Below, piece after piece: positions 1-8,240 of a stretch of DNA of 64,000 bases. How positions within the stretch are numbered: position 1 is the stretch's first letter; each line of letters opens with the position of its first letter. The notes under the pieces were generated by a model that saw only the letters and a program-made list of their open reading frames with translations, was not told where the DNA came from and did no database searches. Position numbers and translations under genes: made by a program. This DNA comes from Eubacteriales bacterium (GTDB lineage Bacteria; Bacillota; Clostridia; Peptostreptococcales; Anaerovoracaceae): NCBI GenBank assembly GCA_028692105.1, contig JAQUYC010000008.1:2097-66096 (forward strand). The letters are read 5' to 3'.

Positions 1-180
1 GCATTTGCTGAAGAGAACGGTATTCTTGACGGGGCAAAACGGCCTGATGATCTGACTTATGGAGATGTTGCCTTCATCATTGCAAATGCGGAAAAATATT
101 ACGACAAAACCAGGCAAATATCCCTAAAATATTTCAGAAGGTGGGCAGCCAGCCCACCTTTTTGTTTTTTGCTTTGCTAA
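1..180 (+). CDS. 3' end of an upstream CDS, partial at window edge; product unknown
   Basis: Only frame 1 is open from the window edge (AFAEENGILDGAKRPDDLTYGDVAFIIANAEKYYDK...). The first stop, at 178-180, lies beyond the terminator hairpin, so the true end is uncertain. Confidence 0.3.
   Translation, partial: AFAEENGILDGAKRPDDLTYGDVAFIIANAEKYYDKTRQISLKYFRRWAASPPFCFLLC
140..170 (+). terminator. Rho-independent terminator
   Basis: Stem-loop GGTGGGC-AGCCA-GCCCACC followed by TTTTTGTTTTTT. Confidence 0.65.
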
Positions 181-228
181 AATTATAGTATCAATGCCCT
201 GATACTCAAGAAACAGGAGGAATCGTAA

Positions 229-3200
229 ATGAGACGGAGAACATTATCTCTTTTGTTAGTATTCAGCATGCTGTTTGCGCTGCTTCCCGCGACAGCATCG
301 GCTGAGCCGTCAACAGGTGTTGTCAACCTCGAAACTGCAGGGAGCGGCAGGATCGAAAAGATCAGCGGTGAGCAAGCGGATATTGTATGGAACGGGACCA
401 GCGGCACCCAGACGCTTGCGCTGGAAACCATCGACGGGCACGACCTGATGAATGCTCATTATAACATTGTTTCCAATGCAGGGTACCGGATCAAAAGCGT
501 TACTTTGTATTCCATCGGCGAAGACACCGTAGCATTTGATTTGGACGTCACCAGCGGTGAAGGGGGATTCTACGGCCGTGTGCTTGACGGCGGTAATCGT
601 CTGATCGCCGGTTCCGTCCGATGGCTTGCAAAAGATGGGGACAAACTCACGGCGGAATTTGAGAACACATCCGCTTCCCGGGAAACTGTGACCGTTGAGG
701 GAGAGAGGGGACTGTTACTGGCACAGACCATGTCCGGTGTAAACAAAATCGAGGTCAAAGATACCTTCAGTGTCTCCGGCAGCATGACCATCTCGAAGGA
801 TACCGAAATTCGAAACGGCACGGTGACGATCGATTCCGGTGTTACTCTCAATATAAACGGATGTGATTTTGGACCGGATTTTAGTAAAGCTGTCACAAAT
901 CCGAGTAAGCTGATCAATAACGGTACCATCAGCGTGAACGACGGCGGCTCATTGTTTATGATTGATGAGAATAACGGCAGTATCATCATAAAAAGCGGCG
1001 GCGCCATGGAGTCCGGTGTTCTTAACAGCTCCTGCGCCAGTATCGTCGTAAAGAGCGGCGGTGAAGCACGCTGCGCGATGGGCGGTAATATACAAAACGC
1101 GGGACAGTATACCGTGGACTCCGGCGGAGTCCTGAAGCCGCAGAAAGGCGCGGGCTTTAGAAACTTTATTGGGGCTGATGCCGGAACGCTCACGTTAAAC
1201 GGCGATATGGTCTTCGACCAGGACTATTGGTCGGATTTCTCGCAAGGTACGCTTCTGGGAAGCGGACGCTTTGTGATCAATTTCAGAATAGGAGAAGATG
1301 ATCTTGGCGACCTCCAAAGCGCGGTTGCCGGCACCTCCCTTCAAATCGTCAATGAGTCCGTGGTCGAGCTGGACAGCAGCGCTGATTATGCAGCCTTTAA
1401 GGAAGCGGTAACCGGTGTTTCCGTTCGGGCGATCTACTTAACGAACGCCTCTATCAACATTAATGAAGATTTAAGCATTACCGATAAAACAATTTATCTG
1501 GAAGGCGCAACGGCGTTAACGCTGAACGCCGGGAGGACCCTGACGCTTACGGATGCAAGCGGCAACGGAACCCAGTGCGGTTTGACAAACGTGATCGACC
1601 ATAATGAAAACTATATAAGGCCCGCAACCAGCTTTGTGATAAACGGAAGGTTGGTATTAGTGAACAGCGCAAGCGTCGGCGGCTACATCGGCACCGTGAC
1701 CATCGGAAGCGGCGGTATTGTGGATAATCGTGATGGCAGCCTTGATGTCCGATACACCGTCTATTGCAACGGTACGATTACCAACATGGATTATACGGAC
1801 AGAGCAGATGACGGCAACCTGCGCATCTTTACGAACGGTATCCTGGTCAAAGACGGCACTGCGATTCTCGGTGAACAGAGCGGGAGTATAGATGCAGCCC
1901 AGGCAGACGCCGCCGTGTCAGGCATGAGTATTTCAAGAAAAACAGAACTTTTGGATGACACGGTTTACGAAGATCCGAATCCGACGAATACCATCCTCAT
2001 CAAGGATCTGACCATTCCAAAAGATACTCTTCTTTGGGTGCCGGATCTTGCTACCTACGAAAACTATGTAAATATCGGAAATACCAACCCCGGAACCGGC
2101 AACGCCTCTCTGACGCTGGACAGCGGCAGGACGCTCACCATAGAAAGCGGCGCGGCGCTGCGTCTGAACGGACCTTTCATCAACAACGGCACGGTCTACT
2201 ATAACGGATCGATCAGCGGTGAGGGCGCAATCGGAGGCGGCGGACTGTTTGTTCTGGCTCCCAACACCACCGTTAAAATCACCACGGGCGGAGGAATGAT
2301 CCGTGGCGCGAATGACAATGAGGCAATCGCAACCGTGTCCGGACGAGGCTACACGGTGGGAAGCGACGGCAGGCTGATCACAAGCCACTCCATTTACGCT
2401 GCCGACAATATGCTTGATTTGGGGACCGGGAGCGGCATAGAAGGCTTGATGCAAAACGGCGCTGCGCTTGCTCCGCCGGTCGGGCTGGCACAGGCGGCGG
2501 TGGCAACAGCAGGTTTGAATACCAGCGACAATTATGCCGCAAAGCTGGAGGTCGATCTCCAAAGCATTGCCGAAAACAATGGTACAACACTTGTATATGA
2601 CATCAAGCCGAAAATTTCCGCCAATGGAGGAAGCTGGGCTGACATTGCCGCGCTTGAGGGGAACAGTGAGAATAACACTGCCGTCAGCTTCCGTCTGCCA
2701 GTTCCCGCCGATACCGAGGAGAACTATGTGCGTATCGTCCATAAAAACGGAGAGACAATCAAGTCTATCGATTTTTACCAGGTTTTAACCGATGTTGCAG
2801 GAAACAAGTATGCGGAAATCAGTACCAAGAGTTTTTCCACCTTTGAAATGAGCTTTACTGATTCCAATACCGTTTCGTCCGGCGGAAACGGCGGCGGCGG
2901 CGGTACATCTCCCTCTCCCGTTACTGGGGGAGATGTCACGTCGATTACCGCAGAGATTAAATCCTCCTCGACCGGCACGTCCGCCGTCGCCACAGTGGCG
3001 GAAGCAACCATGACCAAAGTGATAGACGCCGCGCTGGAAGCTGCGGCCAGGGACAATAACTCGGCAAATATAAACATTGTCGTAGACGCGCCAATGAATA
3101 TGACCGAGATAAAAACGACAATACCAAAGGCTTCAATTGATAAGCTGGCGGGCGAGGACTCCTCCGTTTCGCTCACGGTAACGACGCCGGTCGGCTCTAT

Positions 3201-4101
3201 TACCTTTGACAGCGATGCGCTCTCAAGCATCGGCGAAGCAGCCGCAGGTACAAACGTCACGCTCACTGTAGCCCGGGTTTCAAAGGAAGGGCTCACCTCG
3301 GAGCAGCAGACGCTTGTGGGTGATCGCCCAGTGATTGATCTGTCCGTAATGTCGAACGGCAAGCTGATTTCCGATTTCGCCGGCGGCAGCGCCACGGCGA
3401 GTATCCCGTATACGCTTGCTGAAGGGGAAAGCGCTGACGGTATTGTGGTATGGTATCTGGCCGACGATGGCACGCTGGCGCCGGTTGAATGCAATTATCA
3501 GGATGGCAGGTTAACTTTCAAAACCGATCACTTTTCACAGTATGTGCTTGCCTATTTCCCATTCGATGATCTTAACGGCGGAGAGTGGTATTACAAGAAC
3601 GTGGCTTACGCCTATACAAACGACTTGATGAATGGCGTCGGAAACAGTCTTTTTAATCCTTCCGGCACAACGACAAGAGGTATGGTTGTGACGATCCTGT
3701 GGAGGCGTGAGGGGGAGCCTGTCTTGTTGCGGCAAAGCTTCACCGACGTGGCTGACGGCATGTGGTACGCTGGTGCGGTAAGCTGGGCGGCGGCAAACGG
3801 TATCGCCATAGGCTACAACGGGAGGTTCAATCCCGAAGCCGCTATCACCCGCGAGCAAATGGCGGCAATTGTCTACCGTTACGCGGCGTACAAGGGATAT
3901 GACGTGAGCGGGTTGAACGACCTTTCCGCCTTCAATGATGCGGCCGGCGTTTCAGGCTGGGCTGAAACAGCCATGAAATGGGCGGTTAAAAATAACATTT
4001 TAAACGGCGTGGGGAATAGTGAACTCGATCCGGCAGGTATCGCTCAGCGTGCGCAGGCCGCGGCCATTCTCCAGAGATTTATTGAAAACATATCCAAGTA
4101 A
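229..4101 (+). CDS. Large secreted cell-surface protein with three C-terminal S-layer homology (SLH) domains
   Basis: SD AGGAGG 8 nt upstream. Signal peptide MRRRTLSLLLVFSMLFALLPATASA. Long Gly/Asn/Thr-rich region with recurring NNGTI / SGG motifs, suggestive of beta-helix repeats. Gly/Ser/Pro linker GGNGGGGGTSPSPVTGG. Three SLH repeats at the C-terminus (FDDLNGGEWYYKNVAYAYTNDLMNGV..., FTDVADGMWYAGAVSWAAANGIAIGY..., FNDAAGVSGWAETAMKWAVKNNILNGV...). Confidence 0.85.
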   Translation: MRRRTLSLLLVFSMLFALLPATASAEPSTGVVNLETAGSGRIEKISGEQADIVWNGTSGTQTLALETIDGHDLMNAHYNIVSNAGYRIKSVTLYSIGEDTVAFDLDVTSGEGGFYGRVLDGGNRLIAGSVRWLAKDGDKLTAEFENTSASRETVTVEGERGLLLAQTMSGVNKIEVKDTFSVSGSMTISKDTEIRNGTVTIDSGVTLNINGCDFGPDFSKAVTNPSKLINNGTISVNDGGSLFMIDENNGSIIIKSGGAMESGVLNSSCASIVVKSGGEARCAMGGNIQNAGQYTVDSGGVLKPQKGAGFRNFIGADAGTLTLNGDMVFDQDYWSDFSQGTLLGSGRFVINFRIGEDDLGDLQSAVAGTSLQIVNESVVELDSSADYAAFKEAVTGVSVRAIYLTNASININEDLSITDKTIYLEGATALTLNAGRTLTLTDASGNGTQCGLTNVIDHNENYIRPATSFVINGRLVLVNSASVGGYIGTVTIGSGGIVDNRDGSLDVRYTVYCNGTITNMDYTDRADDGNLRIFTNGILVKDGTAILGEQSGSIDAAQADAAVSGMSISRKTELLDDTVYEDPNPTNTILIKDLTIPKDTLLWVPDLATYENYVNIGNTNPGTGNASLTLDSGRTLTIESGAALRLNGPFINNGTVYYNGSISGEGAIGGGGLFVLAPNTTVKITTGGGMIRGANDNEAIATVSGRGYTVGSDGRLITSHSIYAADNMLDLGTGSGIEGLMQNGAALAPPVGLAQAAVATAGLNTSDNYAAKLEVDLQSIAENNGTTLVYDIKPKISANGGSWADIAALEGNSENNTAVSFRLPVPADTEENYVRIVHKNGETIKSIDFYQVLTDVAGNKYAEISTKSFSTFEMSFTDSNTVSSGGNGGGGGTSPSPVTGGDVTSITAEIKSSSTGTSAVATVAEATMTKVIDAALEAAARDNNSANINIVVDAPMNMTEIKTTIPKASIDKLAGEDSSVSLTVTTPVGSITFDSDALSSIGEAAAGTNVTLTVARVSKEGLTSEQQTLVGDRPVIDLSVMSNGKLISDFAGGSATASIPYTLAEGESADGIVVWYLADDGTLAPVECNYQDGRLTFKTDHFSQYVLAYFPFDDLNGGEWYYKNVAYAYTNDLMNGVGNSLFNPSGTTTRGMVVTILWRREGEPVLLRQSFTDVADGMWYAGAVSWAAANGIAIGYNGRFNPEAAITREQMAAIVYRYAAYKGYDVSGLNDLSAFNDAAGVSGWAETAMKWAVKNNILNGVGNSELDPAGIAQRAQAAAILQRFIENISK

Positions 4102-4122
4102 TCAACTTGGAGCTGATATAAA

Positions 4123-4149
4123 GAAACCCGTTCGACTCGAGCGGGTTTC
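4123..4149 (+). terminator. Terminator-like hairpin after the SLH gene
   Basis: GAAACCCG - 11 nt loop - CGGGTTTC. The downstream U-tract is weak (CCTTGCATTTCT). Confidence 0.4.
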
Positions 4150-4340
4150 CTTGCATTTCTGTTTGATAATTCAGTTATGTAATGGTTCAGTTCAACAATC
4201 AGCATGTGTTCGAAGCTTCAGTTCCATGATGTCTATCGATGAAAGCCTTTCATAATTTGGTATCAATATAGGTGTGCTTTAGTCCACTGCTTCCAGAAGC
4301 AAGCGGAAAATGATAAGTAAACAGATTTGAGTTGCTTTGC

Positions 4341-4408
4341 GCTCAATTCGGGAGAGCGCGTGGTTCGCAATCACGAGGTCAGGGGTTCGATCCCCCTATT
4401 CTCCACCA
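4341..4408 (+). pseudogene. 5'-truncated tRNA-Ala(CGC)-like gene (positions 10-76 present, no 5' acceptor strand)
   Basis: D arm GCTC-AATTCGGGA-GAGC. Anticodon arm CGTGG-TTCGCAA-TCACG. Variable loop AGGTC. T arm AGGGG-TTCGATC-CCCCT. 3' acceptor strand ATTCTCC, discriminator A, encoded CCA. The 7 nt at the expected 5' acceptor position (4332-4338, TTGCTTT) cannot pair. Confidence 0.55.
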
Positions 4409-4412
4409 ATTT

Positions 4413-4456
4413 AAAAAGTACCCTCAAGAACATAGCAGGTCTTGAGGGCGCTTTTT
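4413..4456. terminator. Bidirectional rho-independent terminator (serves the tRNA-like remnant and rsgA)
   Basis: AAAAAGTA-CCCTCAAGA-loop-TCTTGAGGG-CGCTTTTT, with an A-run on one side and a T-run on the other. Confidence 0.65.
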
Positions 4457-4470
4457 AAATTTAATGAAAG

Positions 4471-4492
4471 TGGTGAGAATCGAACCCCTGAC
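4471..4492 (-). repeat. Inverted degenerate copy of the tRNA-like 3' end
   Basis: The minus strand reads GGTCAGGGGTTCGATTCTCACCA. The plus-strand tRNA-like remnant has GGTCAGGGGTTCGATCCCCCTATTCTCCACCA at 4377-4408. The first 15 nt (GGTCAGGGGTTCGAT) are identical. Confidence 0.5.
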
Positions 4493-4507
4493 CAAGATTA
4501 GTGTTCA

Positions 4508-5584
4508 TCATAGTTTGTTATTTTCTTTTATTTGCTTGAATGCCTGCTTCATTTCTGCCTTACTTCCAAACATACGGTTGATTTTTTCATTCTCCCTTTG
4601 GCGGGAGTCCAAACCGTCATAGGACATCTCACGCTGCAACTTTTGATAGCTTTCAAAACGTTTTTCCGACAAAATTCCGTCATTGATCGCCTGTCTTACT
4701 GCACAGCCGGGTTCATTGCTATGAGCACAGTTCTTATATTTGCATCCCAAGGCTAATTCATCTATGTCCTCAAAAGTTTTCGAAAGATCGCCTGTGAAAA
4801 TCTGAAGCTCGCGCATCCCCGGGGTATCAATTGCGATCCCTCCATTTGGAAGCAAAAGTAATTGCCTATGAGTGGTAGTATGTCTGCCTTTATCATCATC
4901 CTTGCGGATTTGCTTTGTTGCAAGAATTTCCTGACCCATCAGGCGATTAATAAGCGTTGACTTGCCAACCCCTGATGAGCCGATAAAAGCAATGGTCTTG
5001 CCGGGCTTAGTATAAGTCAGGATAGTATCCAAGCCATCGGAGTTTTCTGCGGAGCAGACCACTACATCCACGCCAATAGCCACAGCTGCTACTTCATTCA
5101 ATTTAAGCTGGATATCCTCACATAAATCAGATTTCGTCAAAACAATTACCGGGGTTGCCATGCTGTCCCATGCAATCGTCAGATATCTTTCCAATCGTCT
5201 GAGATTGAAGTCTGCATTGAGCGACATACAAATAAAGATGATATCGATATTTGCAGCGACAATTTGTTCCTCATTTGCCGTGCCTGCAGCTTTGCGAGTA
5301 AATCTGCTCTTACGGTTTAGTATGTGGTGTATGACGGCATGTCCGCTGTTTTCGTCCACTCTGTCGATCATTACCCAATCGCCAACCGCCGGAAAGCCGG
5401 ATTTGCCATCTGCTTGATAGAGAAACTTCCCTGAAACAACGGCGTTGAGCTCACCGTATTCTGTCATCAATTTGTATTGTTCGCGGTGCTCTTCAGTAAC
5501 GCGGGCTATGAACAAGTTCGCATACAGTGTCGATTCGTTTGCAAAATAGTCATCGAGTCCGTATTTATATAAATTTAAAGTCAT
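4508..5584 (-). CDS. rsgA: Ribosome small-subunit-dependent GTPase A
   Basis: Circularly permuted GTPase motifs VLTKSDL (G4), GSSGVGKSTLIN (G1) and DTPG (G3). C-terminal zinc knuckle CKYKNCAHSNEPGCAV. Confidence 0.92.
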   Translation of the reverse strand: MTLNLYKYGLDDYFANESTLYANLFIARVTEEHREQYKLMTEYGELNAVVSGKFLYQADGKSGFPAVGDWVMIDRVDENSGHAVIHHILNRKSRFTRKAAGTANEEQIVAANIDIIFICMSLNADFNLRRLERYLTIAWDSMATPVIVLTKSDLCEDIQLKLNEVAAVAIGVDVVVCSAENSDGLDTILTYTKPGKTIAFIGSSGVGKSTLINRLMGQEILATKQIRKDDDKGRHTTTHRQLLLLPNGGIAIDTPGMRELQIFTGDLSKTFEDIDELALGCKYKNCAHSNEPGCAVRQAINDGILSEKRFESYQKLQREMSYDGLDSRQRENEKINRMFGSKAEMKQAFKQIKENNKL

Positions 5585-5737
5585 TATTCATCCTCTTAAA
5601 GCCGCCTGTAAACATTATTTAAATTGAGGGGGCTTACACTTAAATTAAATTACTTTTGTCAATATCGATAATATCATACAAATGTGAACTAATCTATCGC
5701 AAAATGTGCAATGTGGTAGTTGTAGAATTGCTCTTTA

Positions 5738-5905
5738 AACCCTTTCAATCTGACCATTTCTTCCGTCAGTGTAAACATTTATTGCCGCTCCGGCAACCGA
5801 AGTGCTCAGGCAGCTAACAAGCTTATCAACTTAGGCTACACTGAAGTCTATGATTTTGGCGGAATTAAAGATTGGCCTTATGATGTTGTCACAAGTTTCA
5901 AGTGA
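5738..5905 (+). pseudogene. Rhodanese-domain C-terminal remnant
   Basis: Open frame with no usable start codon, translating to ...VSVNIYCRSGNRSAQAANKLINLGYTEVYDFGGIKDWPYDVVTSFK*. It contains the rhodanese active-site loop CRSGNRS. Only ~55 codons remain, and in-frame stops lie at 5717 and 5723. Confidence 0.6.
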
Positions 5906-5914
5906 CGTTTAACT

Positions 5915-7084
5915 TTAAGCATTATTAGGGACTTCTTGCATGGAATAATTAATGTAATCAAACAGCCCTTGTGCCAAAAAGTTGCTCATGCCCTCAGCTT
6001 GATCCATAATCCTGCTGAATACATCGACATTTCTGGCATAATCCCCCGTCAAAAAGGTTGTGGACTCATCGATCGTTGCCTGGAGAAGATTGCGTAATCT
6101 GTCTCTTGCTTCAGTTTCGCCCCAGAATGGATTCACTGAGGCCAGGAACGTAGCTCTTTCATTTTCATTTTCATAAAAAAGCTGTGTGATTCTGTTTATT
6201 TCATCAACATCGCCGTCAATCTGTGCATTGATAAAGGCAACGATCAGATCTATATATGTGTTAAATAAACTTAAATATTCATCTGATATCTGATCACCAA
6301 AGAATTCCCTTAATATATTTACATAATCAACAGGGACTTGCCTTAATCGAGCTAATATTTGCTCGGAGTCACTGCCGATACCGAGATATACGCCAAGCAT
6401 ATAATTTCTGGCCCATGTCACAAATTCAAACCAAAACATCCTAATTTCATAGATTGAATTCATTTGATCATAAGTAATACACGGAATATCGCCCTCGAGA
6501 CTATAATCAATCTGAACGCCGGAGGTCATGTAGTCATAAAGGCCCTGCGCAAAAACATCGCCCATTATATTTGTATGAGCTCTAAGGAGATCATAAATCT
6601 CCATTAGCCTGCTGAAGTCATTTGCTGCAAGCGCATTCGCCATTTCAATTATGTAGCGTGTGTATGTTGCAAACAGGTCATAATATCCAAAAGCGTTCCA
6701 GTAGGGGTTAATGGAGTCTAAAAAAAACGCCCTTTGCGCGATATTTTCATACAATTGTTCGACATACATGCTTACAGCATCCTCATCTCCATCCAATTGA
6801 GCTGAAACCAAGTCACGCATTGTAATTGCATACTGACTTAAGAGTTGACTGTACTGCTCCGAAATTTCCCGTCCAAATATTATCTCGAGCATATTCCCGA
6901 TTTCCAAGGATTCAAAATATAATCGGCTGAATAAATCTGCGGTAGTGTCCGTACCGTAATATCTGCTGATTATATATTCACTGGTCCATGTTGTCAGCCT
7001 GCGGTAATAGAACCTCGAAGTAAATATCAAATTCATTTGACTGAAAGTGATACATTGAGGATCAAATTCCCTTTTTTTAACCAT
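5915..7084 (-). CDS. Hypothetical protein made of two tandem ~190-aa helical modules
   Basis: Long ORF with SD (GAAGGAG) upstream. The internal duplication is evident from ITFSQMNLIFTSRFYY..TTWTSEYI vs ITYDQMNSIYEIRMFW..VTWARNYM, AQLDGDEDAV..QLYEN vs AQIDGDVDEI..QLFYEN, LDSINPYWN vs LASVNPFWG, and FAQGLYDYMTSG vs LAQGLFDYINYS. Confidence 0.7.
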   Translation of the reverse strand: MVKKREFDPQCITFSQMNLIFTSRFYYRRLTTWTSEYIISRYYGTDTTADLFSRLYFESLEIGNMLEIIFGREISEQYSQLLSQYAITMRDLVSAQLDGDEDAVSMYVEQLYENIAQRAFFLDSINPYWNAFGYYDLFATYTRYIIEMANALAANDFSRLMEIYDLLRAHTNIMGDVFAQGLYDYMTSGVQIDYSLEGDIPCITYDQMNSIYEIRMFWFEFVTWARNYMLGVYLGIGSDSEQILARLRQVPVDYVNILREFFGDQISDEYLSLFNTYIDLIVAFINAQIDGDVDEINRITQLFYENENERATFLASVNPFWGETEARDRLRNLLQATIDESTTFLTGDYARNVDVFSRIMDQAEGMSNFLAQGLFDYINYSMQEVPNNA

Positions 7085-7384
7085 AACAATGCTCCTTCAG
7101 AATAGTATTCGGTAATGATTGAATATCTGATAATCAAATATTCAGCGTACCCTAATCAATATATTTCTCGAAAGGCATAAATGACACAATAATAATCAAA
7201 CTACTTAAAAATATTATATTGCATAAGGTTATGCCGCTATCTGAGTTTGAGGCTGGCAGGGTAAACATCGTAATTACATGGACACGCCATGTGAACCAAT
7301 GATAATATAAAAAGAATCGCCAAAGAATTATTTTGATTCCTTTGGTGAAGATTAACAATACAATTACGATACAGGAGATTTAAT

Positions 7385-8224
7385 ATGCTGAATATAGGAT
7401 GTCACTTATCCACTTCAAAAGGTTTCACCAATTTAGGGAAAGAAGCGTTGAGTATCAATGCAAATACTTTTCAATTTTTTACAAGAAATCCGCGCGGCAG
7501 CAAAGCAAAAGATATCGATGATGACGATGTAAATGGTTTACTTAGGATCATGGATGACAATAGCTTTGCTCCCGTACTCGGTCATGCGCCCTATACGCTT
7601 AATCCTGCTTCCGCAAATCCGAAAATCAGAGAATTTGCTCTGCAGGTTTTAAAAGATGATTTAGCACGTATGGAATATCTGCCAAACAATTTTTACAATC
7701 TTCATCCGGGGAGTCATGTGGGACAGGGAACTCAAAAGGGAATCGAGCTGATTGCAGAAGCACTAAATTCCATATTGACAGCAGACCAGACAACCATGGT
7801 GCTGCTTGAAACCATGTCGGGAAAAGGGAGCGAGATTGGAAGCACATTTCAGGAAATCAAAGCAATTATTGATAAAGTAAACCTTGATAATAAAATTGGG
7901 GTGTGTCTGGACACGTGTCATGTATATGATGCGGGTTATGATATAGTGAATGATTTAAATAGTGTATTGGATGAATTTGATAGGATAATAGGCTTGGAAA
8001 GACTCAGTGCTGTTCATCTCAATGACAGCAAAAATCCTTTTGCAAGCCATAAAGACCGGCACGAAAAAATAGGAGAAGGAACAATTGGCTTGAAATCAAT
8101 CACAAATGTCATTAATCATCCAAAGCTGCGACATTTGCCATTTTTTTTAGAGACTCCAAACGAATTGCCAGGGTATGCACAGGAGATTCAACTTTTGCGC
8201 GATGCATTCCTTATCCTTAGGTAG
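7385..8224 (+). CDS. nfo: Deoxyribonuclease IV (AP endonuclease family 2)
   Basis: N-terminus MLNIGCHLS. Motifs [17 protein letters not shown] and HLNDSK..DRHE.IGEG. SD AGGAG upstream. Confidence 0.9.
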   Translation: MLNIGCHLSTSKGFTNLGKEALSINANTFQFFTRNPRGSKAKDIDDDDVNGLLRIMDDNSFAPVLGHAPYTLNPASANPKIREFALQVLKDDLARMEYLPNNFYNLHPGSHVGQGTQKGIELIAEALNSILTADQTTMVLLETMSGKGSEIGSTFQEIKAIIDKVNLDNKIGVCLDTCHVYDAGYDIVNDLNSVLDEFDRIIGLERLSAVHLNDSKNPFASHKDRHEKIGEGTIGLKSITNVINHPKLRHLPFFLETPNELPGYAQEIQLLRDAFLILR

Positions 8225-8240
8225 ATGTTCATAGGCTATA

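Noticed and set aside
570-3494. Long antisense ORFs inside the SLH gene (570-1193, 1933-2742 and 2775-3494, minus strand; 207-269 aa).
   Set aside because: They lie entirely within a well-supported 1290-aa CDS with a signal peptide and SLH domains. High local G+C suppresses stop codons on the opposite strand. Their translations are low-complexity Pro/Ser/Arg-rich with no SD.
7152-7358. 68-aa hydrophobic minus-strand ORF in the nfo upstream region.
   Set aside because: It has a TTG start and no SD. It sits in an AT-rich divergent promoter region, and I have no support beyond an open frame.
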